From Octopus bimaculoides (Eukaryota), in assembly GCF_001194135.2 (NCBI RefSeq), contig NC_069004.1, positions 27,579,720-27,643,719 of the forward strand: 64,000 nucleotides of DNA, given 5' to 3'. Under the pieces are notes generated by a model. It searched no databases. It was not told the DNA's origin and saw only the letters and a list, made by a program, of their open reading frames with translations. This document shows positions 23,696 to 36,930 of the stretch, piece by piece. Every line of letters begins with the position of its first letter. The first letter of the stretch is position 1. The position numbers and the translations under genes were made by a program.

Positions 23696-24599
23696 GTGAG
23701 TAGCAAGCATGCTATTCAAATTCTTTACTCAACTTATCTTTGTCATTCTTCTAAAATAAAAGTGGGTTTTTTTTCTTTTTTTTTTTTGAAAAGGGCAGAT
23801 TTTTGTCTTAGACTCTTTTGAATCCAGTTTTGAGTTTACTTTAGATTTATTTATTCATTTATTTAATACAAAAAAAAAAAGAAAAAAGAACCAATGTTAG
23901 TTATTCAATGTAAAAGCAACCAAATCACGATTGATTTGTCTTTATACACGAGTTGCTTTTATTTCGAAACGCTGTAAAAAAAAAAAAAAGAAAAGGAATT
24001 CTGATAAAAGGGGGAAGAAAATGGCCGAGGAGGTGTAGTTTCTTGGGATACTTTTGGAAGTTGTTTATAAAACATTCCTTTTGAGGTGAATCAGAGATTT
24101 CACTGCAGAGTTATTGGAAATGATATTAATTCAATAAAATCTTTGTAAGTTAAATGTGAAGGTTTTTAGTTTGATGTCGTGATGTAAATGTCCTTTATCT
24201 TCATCACTATCTATAGCAATTCCTTGTTTGTCACTGAAAGAAAATGGCATATCATTTGATGGAGTAAATATATTTCAAAGATGTTTGTTTGGGTCGTAAA
24301 GCCAGGAAATGCTGTTAAAATCTTTGTCTTTTCACCTTTGTGTGTGTATGTGTGTATATATATATGTGTGTGTGTATTCGTTTATTTATTTTATATTGCA
24401 ATTGATGAATAACAGCATTGACATTGTCTACAGGTTTCCAACAGGCCAATCATTGATTCACTATGTTTCTGACAGTGGTGAGAGTGTCAAGAAGAGATTG
24501 TCCGTATCTCACTGCAGAACAATTATTACAAGGGATTTTGTTTGTAATGCACTAGTTTTTCATTTTTTTTTTTTTCACTAATATGCATTAGAGAAAGAC

Positions 24600-26210
24600 A
24601 TACTCAACTGGCTCATACAGTTTCTGTGTACTAGTTTCTGTTAACAAGGTATTGGTTAAACTGGGGCTACAAAAACATTTGTTGAAGCTGAGGCACAGTA
24701 GGGTCAAACCCGCAACCAGATGATTGTAGAACAAGCTTCTTAACCACACAGTCATGGTAGTTAATTGTTTCTATGTATGTAGGTCACTTCAGTGCAGAGA
24801 TTCTTTTCTCTTTTACTTGTTTTAGTTATTGGACTGTGGCCATGCTGGGGCACCACATTGAAGGGCTTAATCACACAAATTGATCTCAGTTCTTATTTAT
24901 TTATTTATTTTTTTTTTTTTTGGTTTAGTACTTATTCTATTCAGTTTTGTTGAACTGCTAAGTTGAAGGTAGGTAAACAAACTAACACCAGTTGTCAAGT
25001 GGTGAGAGTCACAAGTACTAGATGTAATTTTACATATATATGTACATAATACATACATAAGCATGGCTGTATGGTAAGAAGCTTGCTTCCCAACCACAGA
25101 ATTCTTGGTTCAGTCCCATTGCATGGTACCTTGGGCAATTGTCTTCTACTATAGCCCCAGGCTGACCAAATCCTTGTAGGTGGATTTGGTAGATGGAAAC
25201 TGAAAAGAAGCTTGTCGTGTGTGCATATATATATATATATATATGTCTTTGTGTCTGTGTTTGTTCCCCAACCCACCATCGCTTGACAACCAATGTTGGT
25301 GTGTTTACATCCCTGTAAGTTAGTGGTTCAGCAAAAGAGACCGATAGAATAAGTACAAGGTTTACAAAGAATAAGTCTTGGGGTCAGTTCCCTCGACTAA
25401 AAGGTGTAGTGCTCCAGCATTGCTGCAGTCAAATGACTGAAACAAGTAAAAGAGCAAATGAGAATAAATATATACATACGATGGACTTCCACACAGATTC
25501 CAGCTACCAAATTCACTTACAAGGCATTGATCAGCCTGGAGCTATAGTAGTTGATACCTGTCCAAAAAGCTGGATAGTGGGACTGAACCTAATATCATGT
25601 CACTTCAAAGCATGCTTCTTAACCATATAGCCAAACCTGTGCCTATTCATGTACAGATAAAGGGTCAACCTTAAATGGTTGTTCCCTGCCCCTCCTTCCA
25701 ATGTATCTTTTGAATTGATTTGGCTGACCTTTGAAACATTCATCTGGTACAGATTGATATGCTCCATGGTCCTGTGAGCTTGCACATTTTAAATGACAGT
25801 TTGTGCTTCTGTATCTTGCCTGCTTACAATTAATCTGTCATCACACTTCAAATGTCTCTTTCATCTCTTACTGTTTTAGTCATTAGACTGTGGCCATGCT
25901 GGGACACCACACTGAAGAATTTTAGTCGAATGAATCAATCCCAGTACTTACATTTTTTTTTAAGCCTTGTACTTCTTCCATCGATCTATCTTGTTGAAGT
26001 CCCTAGTTACAGGGGCATAGACATACCAATACTGGTTGTCAAACAAACAGTGGTGGGGGACATAAACAAAGACACACAGACACACACACAAATGTTCAGT
26101 TTCTACCTACCGAATCCACTCACAAGGCTTTGGTTGACCCAAGGTGCCATGTAGTGGGACTGAACCCAGAATCATGTGGTTGGAAAGCAAACTTTTTACC
26201 ACATGGCCAC
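24600..26210. mobile_element. Cluster of five type C SINE copies in mixed orientation
   Basis: Approximately 24600-24760 (-), 24810-25020 (-), 25060-25460 (+), 25480-25640 (-), 25855-26210 (-). Confidence 0.8.
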
Positions 26211-26569
26211 ACCCATTCTTGTAGACCTCTGCGACATATGATAAGGATGCTTTCTGCTCAAAACCAACTTTTTCTCTGTAATAACTCTCAGACTCTCAAC
26301 TAAATTATTCATAACTGTCTTAGAATAATTCCCAAGCTTGTTAGCTTGAATATCACCTTTCAGCTGTCTGGCTTTGTACTTCATCCTGACAAAATCTTTG
26401 TTTAAACTCCACTACACACTAATATCAATAAATGTAAGCATAATGTTGTCCAGGATGTACTCTGTGTAAATAAAAGTGGGGATGGCCATAGATGGAATGC
26501 CTTTGATCTTAGGTCAGTTCTACTTGGGTTGAGTCAAGCTATATTAAACAAGCACACTCAGACACATGT

Positions 26570-26830
26570 GTGGCTGTGTGTTTGAGAAGCTTGCATCCCA
26601 GTCACATTGTTTCGTGTTCAGTCCTACTGTGTAGCACCTTGGGCAAGTGTCTTCTGCTATAATCTCAGGACGAACTAAAGTCTTGTGAGTGGATTTGTTA
26701 GGGAGAAACTGAATGAAGTCTGCAGTGTGTGTATTCTTGTTTTGACATTATGTGATGGTTGTGGCATCCAGCCATAGAAAAATCTGACCCATACAAGCAT
26801 TAAAAAAGTGGATGTAAAATGATGACTCAC
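26570..26830 (+). mobile_element. Type C-head SINE with the alternative tail
   Basis: Similarity to 1877-2262. Confidence 0.7.
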
Positions 26831-28129
26831 ACACACATTATCTTCACATACATGACCCAGTGAGGGAGCGTCCACCAGGTCAGTTGACATAGTAGAAATA
26901 GAAACCCCAATCTCTCTAAAACCACTCCCTATTGTCTAAAAAAAAAAAAGTGAAGGGTGACATTAGATAATCTGATACTGGATATATTGTGTGTGAAAAA
27001 CACAAAAAGGCAGGATAGTTACAATTGGGACGTTATATGATGGCTTGATCAGAGACAGACTGGGGTTAAATAACAGCAATCTTCATAGCAGGACTCCCAT
27101 CCTTTAAATGCAAACTACATAATCCCGTGTCTTCTGAGTTTTACAGAAATTGAGGTTTGAAAAGTGTGCTGTGAATTAATTGCTGACTGGTTCTGGAATT
27201 AGCTGGAAGTGAGTAGTTGCTTGAGGTTAAAATAAGTCAAAAGTTATAAATAAATGGCTTTTGCAGTCAGTGATTCATTAGTATCTATTTACAAACCTTC
27301 CGATATACATTCTTACACCGCACCCAGTATTACAGAGAAGTCTTCTCTTGTTCATCTATTGATTTGGTTTTTTTTTTTACATTTTTTTAATCTTTTCTAT
27401 CAGACATCCATAATAAAAGAAAAAAAAAACACATCAAACAATAAAAAAAAAAGAAAAACAGGAAGTTGTGTTTATTTTAGACACTGAATCAATTGACTCT
27501 AATTCTATCTTAATTTTTATTCATGGCTGATTTTGATTGATATCTGTGTCCTAAATTTTTTTGTTCAAAAACTCTGACATTATTATACTTGTAGTAAACA
27601 GCTATAAAACACCCAAGCTAAGGTTTAAAAGCATATCCACATTTTCCCACATTGTCAAACAAGTCCTCAGCCCTTTGTCTTAGCCTTTTTGCAATAAGAG
27701 ATTAATGAGAGTGGTTTTTTTTGCTACATACTCTATATATGCCAGGAATTTTCATAAATTCATGCTGGTGACATACATTTTTTTAACCCCATTTTTGAGA
27801 TGACAGCAAATAGGATGCGAGGGAAATTTTGGCTATCCTTTCTAAAAGGTTGAATGCATATACGAAGAGTTTGTTTTTAACTGTGGTGCATTTACTTATT
27901 TGCTCTTTATCTCATTTTAGTCAAATAGATTGCAGCTATGCTGAAGCTCTGCTTTGAAGAGTTTTTAGTTGTTCACATCAAACTCAGTATTTATTCTTTA
28001 AGTCTGTGGCACATTTTAGTGACTAATGGAATATAAACACAGACACTATTTTTTCAAATGTCGTCAAATGTAAAGACAGACACATGTGCACGTGCACATA
28101 TAATGCACGCACCCATACACGTATGCGTA

Positions 28130-28590
28130 TATATTATATGTGTGTGTGTGTGTAAATATATGTATTCGTGTGTATTTATATACATGTATGTGTGTGTATT
28201 TATATACATGTATGTGTGTGTGTATTTATATATATGTGTGTGTATACATATATAGATATATGTGTGTGTGTGTATACATATATAGATATATGTGTGTGTG
28301 TGTATACATATATAGATATATGTGTGTGTGTATATACATATATAGATATATGTGTGTGTATATACATATATAGATATATGTGTGTGTGTAAATACATATA
28401 TAGGTATGTGTGTGTGTATATACATATATAGATATGTGTGTGCATATACATATATAGATATGTGTGTGTGTATATATACATATATAGATATGTGTGTATA
28501 AATACATATAGATATGTGTGTGTGGATATACATATATAGATATATATGTTTGCGTGTAGATATAAAAATGTGTGTATAGATATGTATATA
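28130..28590. repeat. Compound (TA/TG) minisatellite, unit about 28-30 bp (ATATAGATATATGTGTGTGTGTGTATAC)
   Basis: Direct inspection. Confidence 0.9.
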
Positions 28591-28609
28591 TTGCAGCAAG
28601 AGTGTTAAG

Positions 28610-28927
28610 ACCAATCCTTCTCCTGGTGTAAAGCACTTGTGATGCCATGTAAAAACATGTGCAGTGCCACATAAAAGTGCCTATCTGCTGTCACGTTAAA
28701 GCCCTTGTACAGCACCAGGTAAAAGCTTTTGTGCAGCACCAGGTAAAAGCACCTGTGCAGTGCCACATAAAAGCACCCAGCACACTCTTTAAAGTGGTTG
28801 GCATTAGGAAGGGCATCCAGCCGTCAAAGCCATGACTGGAGTCAGGTGTAGCTCCCCCCAGCTTACTCGCCCTGGTCAAACCATCCAACCCATGCCAGCA
28901 TGGACGACAGATATTAAATGATGATGA

Positions 28928-28928
<1 letters not shown>
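28610..28928 (+). mobile_element. Repeat with about 23-bp tandem units (GCCACATAAAAGCACC) and the shared GGAAGGGCATCCAG...GATGATG tail
   Basis: Paralogs at about 6450-6620 (+) and 45920-46110 (-). Confidence 0.65.
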
Positions 28929-28975
<47 letters not shown>

Positions 28976-29111
28976 ACATAGACGTATTCATATAAGTGTA
29001 TGTATATATAAAGGTATTATCATTATCATTTAACATCCTCTTTCTACGCTGGCATAGGCTGGATGGGTTGATATGCATATAAATATGTAGGCGCATGTAT
29101 ATACATGTATG

Positions 29112-29206
29112 TATGGGTAAGTGTCTCCTACTATAGCCTCGGGCCGACCAAAGCCTTGTGAGTGGATTTGGTAGACGGAAACTGAAAGAAGCCCGTCGTA
29201 TATATG

Positions 29207-29237
<31 letters not shown>

Positions 29238-29450
29238 TTGTGTGTCTGTGTTTGTCCTCCTAGCATTGCTTGACAACCGATGCTGGTGTGTTTATGTCCC
29301 CGTCACTTAGCGGTTCGGCAAAAAGAGACCGATAGAATAAGTACTAGGCTTACAAAGAATAAGTCCCGGGGTCGATTTGCTCGACTAAAGGCGGTGCTCC
29401 AGCATGGCCGCAGTCGAATGACTGAAACAAGTAAAAGAGTATATATATAT
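29112..29450 (+). mobile_element. Young 5'-truncated type C SINE
   Basis: CpG-rich, near-consensus; tail duplicated across a 10-N gap. Confidence 0.85.
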
Positions 29451-29620
29451 NNNNNNNNNNGTCACTTAGCGGTTCGGCAAAAAGAGACCGATAGAATAAG
29501 TACTAGGCTTACAAAGAATAAGTCCCGGGGTCGATTTGCTCGACTAAAGGCGGTGCTCCAGCATGGCCGCAGTCGAATGACTGAAACAAGTAAAAGAGTA
29601 TATATATATATATATATATA

Positions 29621-29922
<302 letters not shown>

Positions 29923-30501
29923 ATGTATGTATACACACAAACACACAACAAGCTTCCACATAGTTTGCACCTCGCAATTTCATTCCCAAAGCATTCATCA
30001 ACCTGATCTATTATAAAAGACGCTTGCCCAATATGTCATGCAGTCAAACTGTATTCTGAACCTTGAACCCAGCATCATGTAGTTGCAAAAAGAATTTCTT
30101 AACTGCACATTCATGCCTTATTCTGTAAGAATTACTATAATTTTTTCTTATTTCTGTCAAATTTCCAAGTTTTATTGTGGATTATGCATTTCAAATCTGA
30201 CAATCTGGCATCACTGCTAGACTCTGCAATGCCATAACCCAAGGCACCATGTTATTTCATTTCAAAAACACTAGTTTTGACGTAATGTCTGTCCATTTAC
30301 ATATTTCTTATATTCACCCTCCTATATCATTGTTTATATCTCTTATCTCTCGCCATTGAAACAAATGGGTGTCTCAGTAGATATGTTGTGTATAACTTTT
30401 AATAACATAGACAGAAGTTTACCATAAAGAGACGAGGAACTTTATGAAAAGAATTCAAGAATTGAATGAAAAAAGAATAAAAATAATCTTTTCTTTCTTC
30501 T

Positions 30502-30505
30502 GTGT

Positions 30506-30560
<55 letters not shown>

Positions 30561-30617
30561 GTGCATCTATCTACATATATATGTAGATAAATCTGTGTAT
30601 AAATGTCCATGTGTGTA

Positions 30618-30650
<33 letters not shown>

Positions 30651-30781
30651 GTATATATATAAATATGTATATATATATATAAATATGTATGTATATAAAT
30701 ATGTATGTATATAAATATGTATATATGTATATATATATGTATATATATATGTATATATATATGTATATATATATGTATATA

Positions 30782-30875
<94 letters not shown>

Positions 30876-30920
30876 CATATATACATATATATATATACAT
30901 ATATATATACATATATATAC

Positions 30921-30967
<47 letters not shown>

Positions 30968-31030
30968 GATAGATAGATAGATAGATAAATGCATATTTCT
31001 ATGTGTTTGTGTATGTATATATATATAGAG
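30502..31030. repeat. Long compound (CA)n/(TA)n/(TATG)n/(GATA)n microsatellite
   Basis: Direct inspection; source of several spurious YI/IH ORFs. Confidence 0.95.
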
Positions 31031-31194
31031 AGAGTGAGAGTGGGGAGATGTTTGGAAAATTTTTTTTTCCTTTTTTTTTGTTTTTGTTACAATACAAAAA
31101 TTCAAAAGTTTCATTCTCTATTCGAATAATGAAAATTTGATAGTCATATCTCTTAATTCTTCCAAGTCATTGGTTATATATATTTATATATACA

Positions 31195-31230
<36 letters not shown>

Positions 31231-33562
31231 TATATGTATATATATATATATTATTCAGCTAGCTTAACTATACCAGTACGAGTTATCTTAAAAGCTTTTC
31301 TCTGTTGCCTACTTAATGTTTTCAAGGTATTAATGATGGGAATATGGCTGGAAACTATTTAAAGATGTAGTAATGGTATGCTAATATTTTATGAGCTACA
31401 GTTGTCAATTAACACAAAATTTCCTCCCACGCCCTTTCACATTCAGAATTGTATTTATGTGTGTGTTTGTGTGTTGTATATATATGAACACACACACATA
31501 TATGTATACATATACACATATATGTGCATATATTTTATTTATATATATGTATATCTATATACACACACACACACGCACACACACACACACACAAGCACAA
31601 TATTATTTAAAAAAAGACAATCTTAAAATACACTTATTTAAATGTCTAAGTAGTCTATAAGTGTGTGAGTGCATATGTAAAATTTACTGAAATGGAAATT
31701 CCTTTTAGTAAAACTTAAATTAACTTTTTATTTAAAAAAAAAAATTATTTTCGTCAGAGAGAGAGAGAGAGGTGATGGAGGGCAGGGCTGGGGGCTGTGG
31801 CGATTCAATGTTTTATTTTCTTCATTGTTACAAAGTAATAGAATGAAGGTCTTGAGACCCATTATCAATGTGATTATGGTGTTGATCAAGTATTGAACAA
31901 GACATAGATTTAGTTCCACTACCGACCATTAAGCATTAGTTATAGTTCACTTTCCTCACACTACAAAGAGAAGTTTTGTATAGCTCATTGGCTTTTCAAC
32001 TAAGAAGATAATATTGAATTGTAATGTACTCACCTCACTTACAATTGAGAAAGACACACAGACACACGCAAAGAAAGAAAAAAATTACAGCCTATCTTAG
32101 TGTTTATGTGGTATGCACATACTAGTAATATGTGATACAATCCACTAGGGACCCCTAAATATACTGAATAATTTTACACAAAATCGGTGTTGATGTTGTC
32201 ACTATTACCATCACGACTCCTGTCATCATTATATGTCTGTTTTGCATGCGAGTATGGGTTGGGCAGGTCATTGCTCTCCGATTCATTTCTTATTTGCTTT
32301 CCTAGATAGGTTGGATGACTACAATGTACTTGATGTTCTGATCTCACTGTGGTTGCTACGTCTTGCTTGGACAGTAAGGGCAACTGGTTGTAGAGAATCT
32401 ATCTCAACAGTGCTCATCCAACATATCCAAGCATGGAAAAGTAGATGTTAAAATGATGATAATGATGATGTGGTTGTGTGGTAAGAAGCATACTTCCCAA
32501 CCACATGGTTCTGGATTCAGTCCCACTGTGTGGCACCTTGAGCAAGTTTCTTCTCTTATGGCCTCAAGCTGACTAAAGCTCTTGACTGTCTTCCCTCTAT
32601 AAATACGAACAATATTTCCTTGTGTTTTCCATTTTTCTTGTGTGTGCCACCTCCCAATCTTGGCTTTGGATCATGAAAATGGGAGTCTGGTATGCATGGG
32701 CGACTGCTGGTCTTCCATAAACAACCTTGCCTGGACTTGTGCCTCAGAAGGCAACTTTCTAGGTGCAATCTTTACTAAAATGTCAAGACAAAGAGACACA
32801 TACGCACACTTGCACTCACTCTTTCTCTCGCACACATACATGTATGTATACACACATACACACGTATATATCTATACACACACACACACACACAACATAC
32901 AATGCTCTTTCAGTTTCCATCTACCAAATTCACACACAAGGCTTTGGTCAGCCCCAGGGCTATAGCAGAAAACACTTGCCCAAGATGCCACACAATCGAA
33001 CTCAACACAAAGCCATGTACCTGGGAAGCAGCTGTCTTAATCAACATCCTTGCTTGCACTTAGGAGGGGTATTGAATATGTGGGCCCTCCAGTAAAATGG
33101 TAATATACAGCCACTCTGTTCCCTTTTGTTACGAGATTCTTTGTTATACACTTACTCTTTATTTCTATCATATCTCTAGCTAAGCTAAAAATCTCAGAGA
33201 GAATTAAGTTCCATTATGCTAACTTTTCCTTCCCACTCTTATATAATGGTAATAACATTTCTTGAATGGTGTATTTATTCATTTGTTTAATATCTTAAGG
33301 AACATGTTTATTCATTTTCATATTTACTCAAGAATGTGTTAAGATTGCAGAACACAAAGAAGCAAACTTAAAACTCAGCATATATTCATGTTTATGACTA
33401 TACATGCATGCCACCACATGAATCCATATTGGGTGGTGGTGGTGCTTGTTGTTGTTGTCGTCATTATCATCCTCCTCCTCTTACATCTCCTCTTCCTCCT
33501 TCGCAAACTTAAGACTCAACATATATTCTTGACTATATATTCATGCAGCTACATGAATCCAT

Positions 33563-33930
33563 GGAGGCGCAATGGCCCAGTGGTTAGGGCAGCGGACTCA
33601 CGGTCATAGGATCGCGGTTTCGATTCCCAGACCGGGTGTTGTGAGTGTTTATTGAGCAAAACACGAGGCTCCGGCAGGGGATGGTGGCGAACCCTGCTGT
33701 ACTCTTTCACCACAGCTTTCTCTCACACTTACTTCCTGTTTCTGTTGTACCTGTATTTCAAAGAGCCAGCCTTGTCACACTGTGTCACACTGAATCTCCC
33801 TGAGATCTACGTTAAGGGTACATGTGTCTGTGGAGTGCTCAGCCATTTTCATGTTAATTCCACGAGCAAGCTGTTCCGTTGATCGGATCAACTGGAACCC
33901 TCGACGTCGTAAGTGACAGTGCCAACAACA
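33563..33930 (+). mobile_element. Full-length SINE type A
   Basis: Aligns with 16954-17339; TSD ACA(T/C)GAATCCAT at 33551-33562 and 33931-33942. Confidence 0.9.
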
Positions 33931-36115
33931 ACACGAATCCATATTGGTTAGTGGAGCTTGTTGTTATTGTTCTTTTTATTATTCTTCGTGTTCTTATCCT
34001 CCTCCTCCTCCTCCTGTCGTCCTCCCCCATCTCCTCTTTCTGCAGACTCATGCTATGTATTTTATCTTGAACCATAGTTTTGAGTATTGGATACTTTTTC
34101 TTCCTTATTTTGTGAACTCAATTGTTTAGCAATCCATATATATATATATATATATTCAAGTCTGTGTGTGTGTGTAAGGTCTGTATGTTGCAATAGAGAG
34201 AGGTGGAGGTGCTATTGACAATGGCAGAGAGAAGAGAGACATTACTTCCTACCGACAGGAAGCAAAAAAGACAGACACTGTTTATGAAATATATGGAGCA
34301 CTGGGTTATACTGTGATATCAGAATAGTTCCAAAGAGGCAACTACCAAATACATCATGTACAAACAGACAAAAGAAGAAAGCATAACATGATTCTGTTTG
34401 TCTTCTACTGATGTCTTTATGTCTCTGATATGGCTTTGTTTCTTGAGTTGTAATTTTAGTTTGAAGTTATTTATACATCATTAAACAAAATTAAAGATAA
34501 ATAGTGTTGGTCCATTGTTGATAGTGATCCTGTAAAACCTAAGTTATGTGTGTGGTGAGTGTGTGCATGTCTCTATCTTTGTGTCTGTGCATGCACACGT
34601 GTGTGTGTGTGTGTGTGTGTGAATATATACATGTATACGTGGAGAGGCTTGCAGCCAATCCCTTGTTATAATTATGTATATAATCATTAAAATATATGTA
34701 AAATTTACCTATAAGGTTTTTATTTCCATGCTGACCCCTTGGTTAAGATCATTAATGATTTTTACCCTTTATCATAATTATATATATATTATATATATAT
34801 ATATGTAAAGAGAGAGAGAGAGAGATAGGCTTGTATCAGTTTCCACCTCACAAGACTTTGGTTGACTCAAGACTATAGCAGAAGATGCTTACCCCAAGGG
34901 GCCATGCTGTGGGACTAATCCTGTAACTATGTGGTTGTGAAGCAAACTTCTTACCACACAGCCCTGTCAGCACCTATAATAATGAAAATTGTGACCCTGT
35001 GGGTAGTGCACTGAGATGCCATTATAAAGCTTAATTATGTAGATATCTTGTATTGCAATGTGGATCATGGATTTTGGATCTCAGGAGAGGTCATTGTTAT
35101 TATGACAGTGGTGGTATCACACTTGTCTGATGGTAAAATATTACCACTTCTGTAGTTTCCTGATTCATGAGGGCACACAGTCGGTGTAGCTTAGACAGTG
35201 GTAGTTGCAATCCTCCAGTCATTGCTATGGCAGCATTCTCTATTGCAGCTGCTCTTTAAAAATTACAGCAATCAAAGGATCCATAATTGTTGGAGAAGAT
35301 AAATTGAGATGTACAACCCAATCATCAAAGGCTCCACGATCGAAAGATAGAGCAGGCAGACATCATCATCATCAAATTCAGTGGATAATCATATGCTAAG
35401 AAATACTCAACCATATGCATGAACAATTTAATTTATACATATATTCAAATGAATATTCCTGCTTACATAAACATGTAACTAAACTTATGTACTTATATTC
35501 ATACGGACATAAATTCATGTAATCTGTTTGTGTGTGCGTTTCCATATTCTGCTAATAGTTTGTCATTAGATTGTAGCCATACTTGAGCTGTCCCCATTAA
35601 TGGTGTTTTGTAGACAATATCAGGCTCCAGTACTTCGTCTGGTATTTATTTCTTCAGTCTTTGAGGTGGATGAGAAAGCTAAGAGGCAACAGCCAAGATA
35701 CAACACAAGCTATTTGTTTCATGCACCAACGTTTTAATTTTTTTTTTTTTTTTTTGGTTTTAGTTTTTGGCATTAGATGTGCATGCAAATACACTCACAA
35801 ATTTTACAGGCTTCATCACAGTTTCTATCTACCAAATTTAACTCACAAGTCATTGAATGGTTGACCCTACGCTGTGGTGGCAATCCCTTGCTTTGAGTGC
35901 TGATCAGTAACATAGAAACTGGTTCCATTTGGTTGTAAAGTGGACTTCTGAGCCACTGATCCATATTAGTGTCCTATGCCTCTGTATATACATACAAGGA
36001 AATATACATATTGGTAGATATGTTTTTTGTTCTAACATACACACAATTACATACAGTCTTGCCTATATACACATGTCTTGAGAGTTTCTGGTCTTCAGAG
36101 AAATATGTGTTTATA

Positions 36116-36175
<60 letters not shown>

Positions 36176-36701
36176 TAGATAAAGAGAGAAATATATATCC
36201 ATCCTTATATGTATAATTATATAAGTAGTTACATAAAATCATGCACATACATATATTTACACACACACACACATGCATTGATTGCTATGGTTGATACCAG
36301 GCCACAACTTTTTATTTCTCAGGGTAGGTTATAGTCAATTAAATCAAATCCAGTTCTTGAGTGGTACTTGATTTTTATCTACCCAGGAGGATAAAAAGCA
36401 AAAACCAACTGGGTTGAGTATTGTGTGTGTATAAATACACACACATACACAAATATACATATCTACAATTAGGTATTCATATTATGTATGTATGTATATA
36501 TATATATGTGTGTGTGTGTACATATATATATATGTACACACATATATATGTAAAAAGTTATGTTTTCATCTATATTTATGGAAGTGTATGTTGGTGTATA
36601 TGTATTTATAAATACATAGTTATATATCTATTCATCTGCATTTATGAGAGTGTGTGGATATGTGTGTGTGTGTGCTTATAAACACATATTTATAAACAAT
36701 G

Positions 36702-36740
<39 letters not shown>

Positions 36741-36866
36741 ATATATATATATAATCATGCACTTAGACGTATCCACATATGTCTGTATAAGTGAGTACGG
36801 AAATAGAAAGATTGTGAGTGAATGAGAAATCAAAAAATAAAACATGAAAGTGTTGCTATGCAATAC

Positions 36867-36930
36867 CTGGTAATCTCTTGAACTTTTCAATTACAGATGA
36901 AAGAAATATGAAATTTGTGTTTTGGCTATC
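36867..36930 (-). CDS. Candidate 64-nt exon on the minus strand (DSQNTNFIFLSSVIEKFKRLP, phase 0 to 1)
   Basis: TTTTTATCTATATTTGTCTCTAG|GATAGC...TTACCAG|GTATTG; one open frame; protein not recognised. Confidence 0.35.

Noticed and set aside
27254-27487. ORF SDSLVSIYKPSDIHSYTAPSITEK...
   Set aside because: Weak acceptor, no donor, runs into poly-T/poly-A; no recognisable homology
29302-29620. Exact 150-bp direct repeat that looks like a tandem SINE tail or LTR
   Set aside because: Identical copies either side of a 10-N gap; typical unmerged contig overlap
31820-31890. Possible + strand 48-54-nt exon (NEGLETHYQCDYGVDQ or NRMKVLRPIINVIMVLIK)
   Set aside because: Ambiguous acceptor and weak donor; cannot be told from chance
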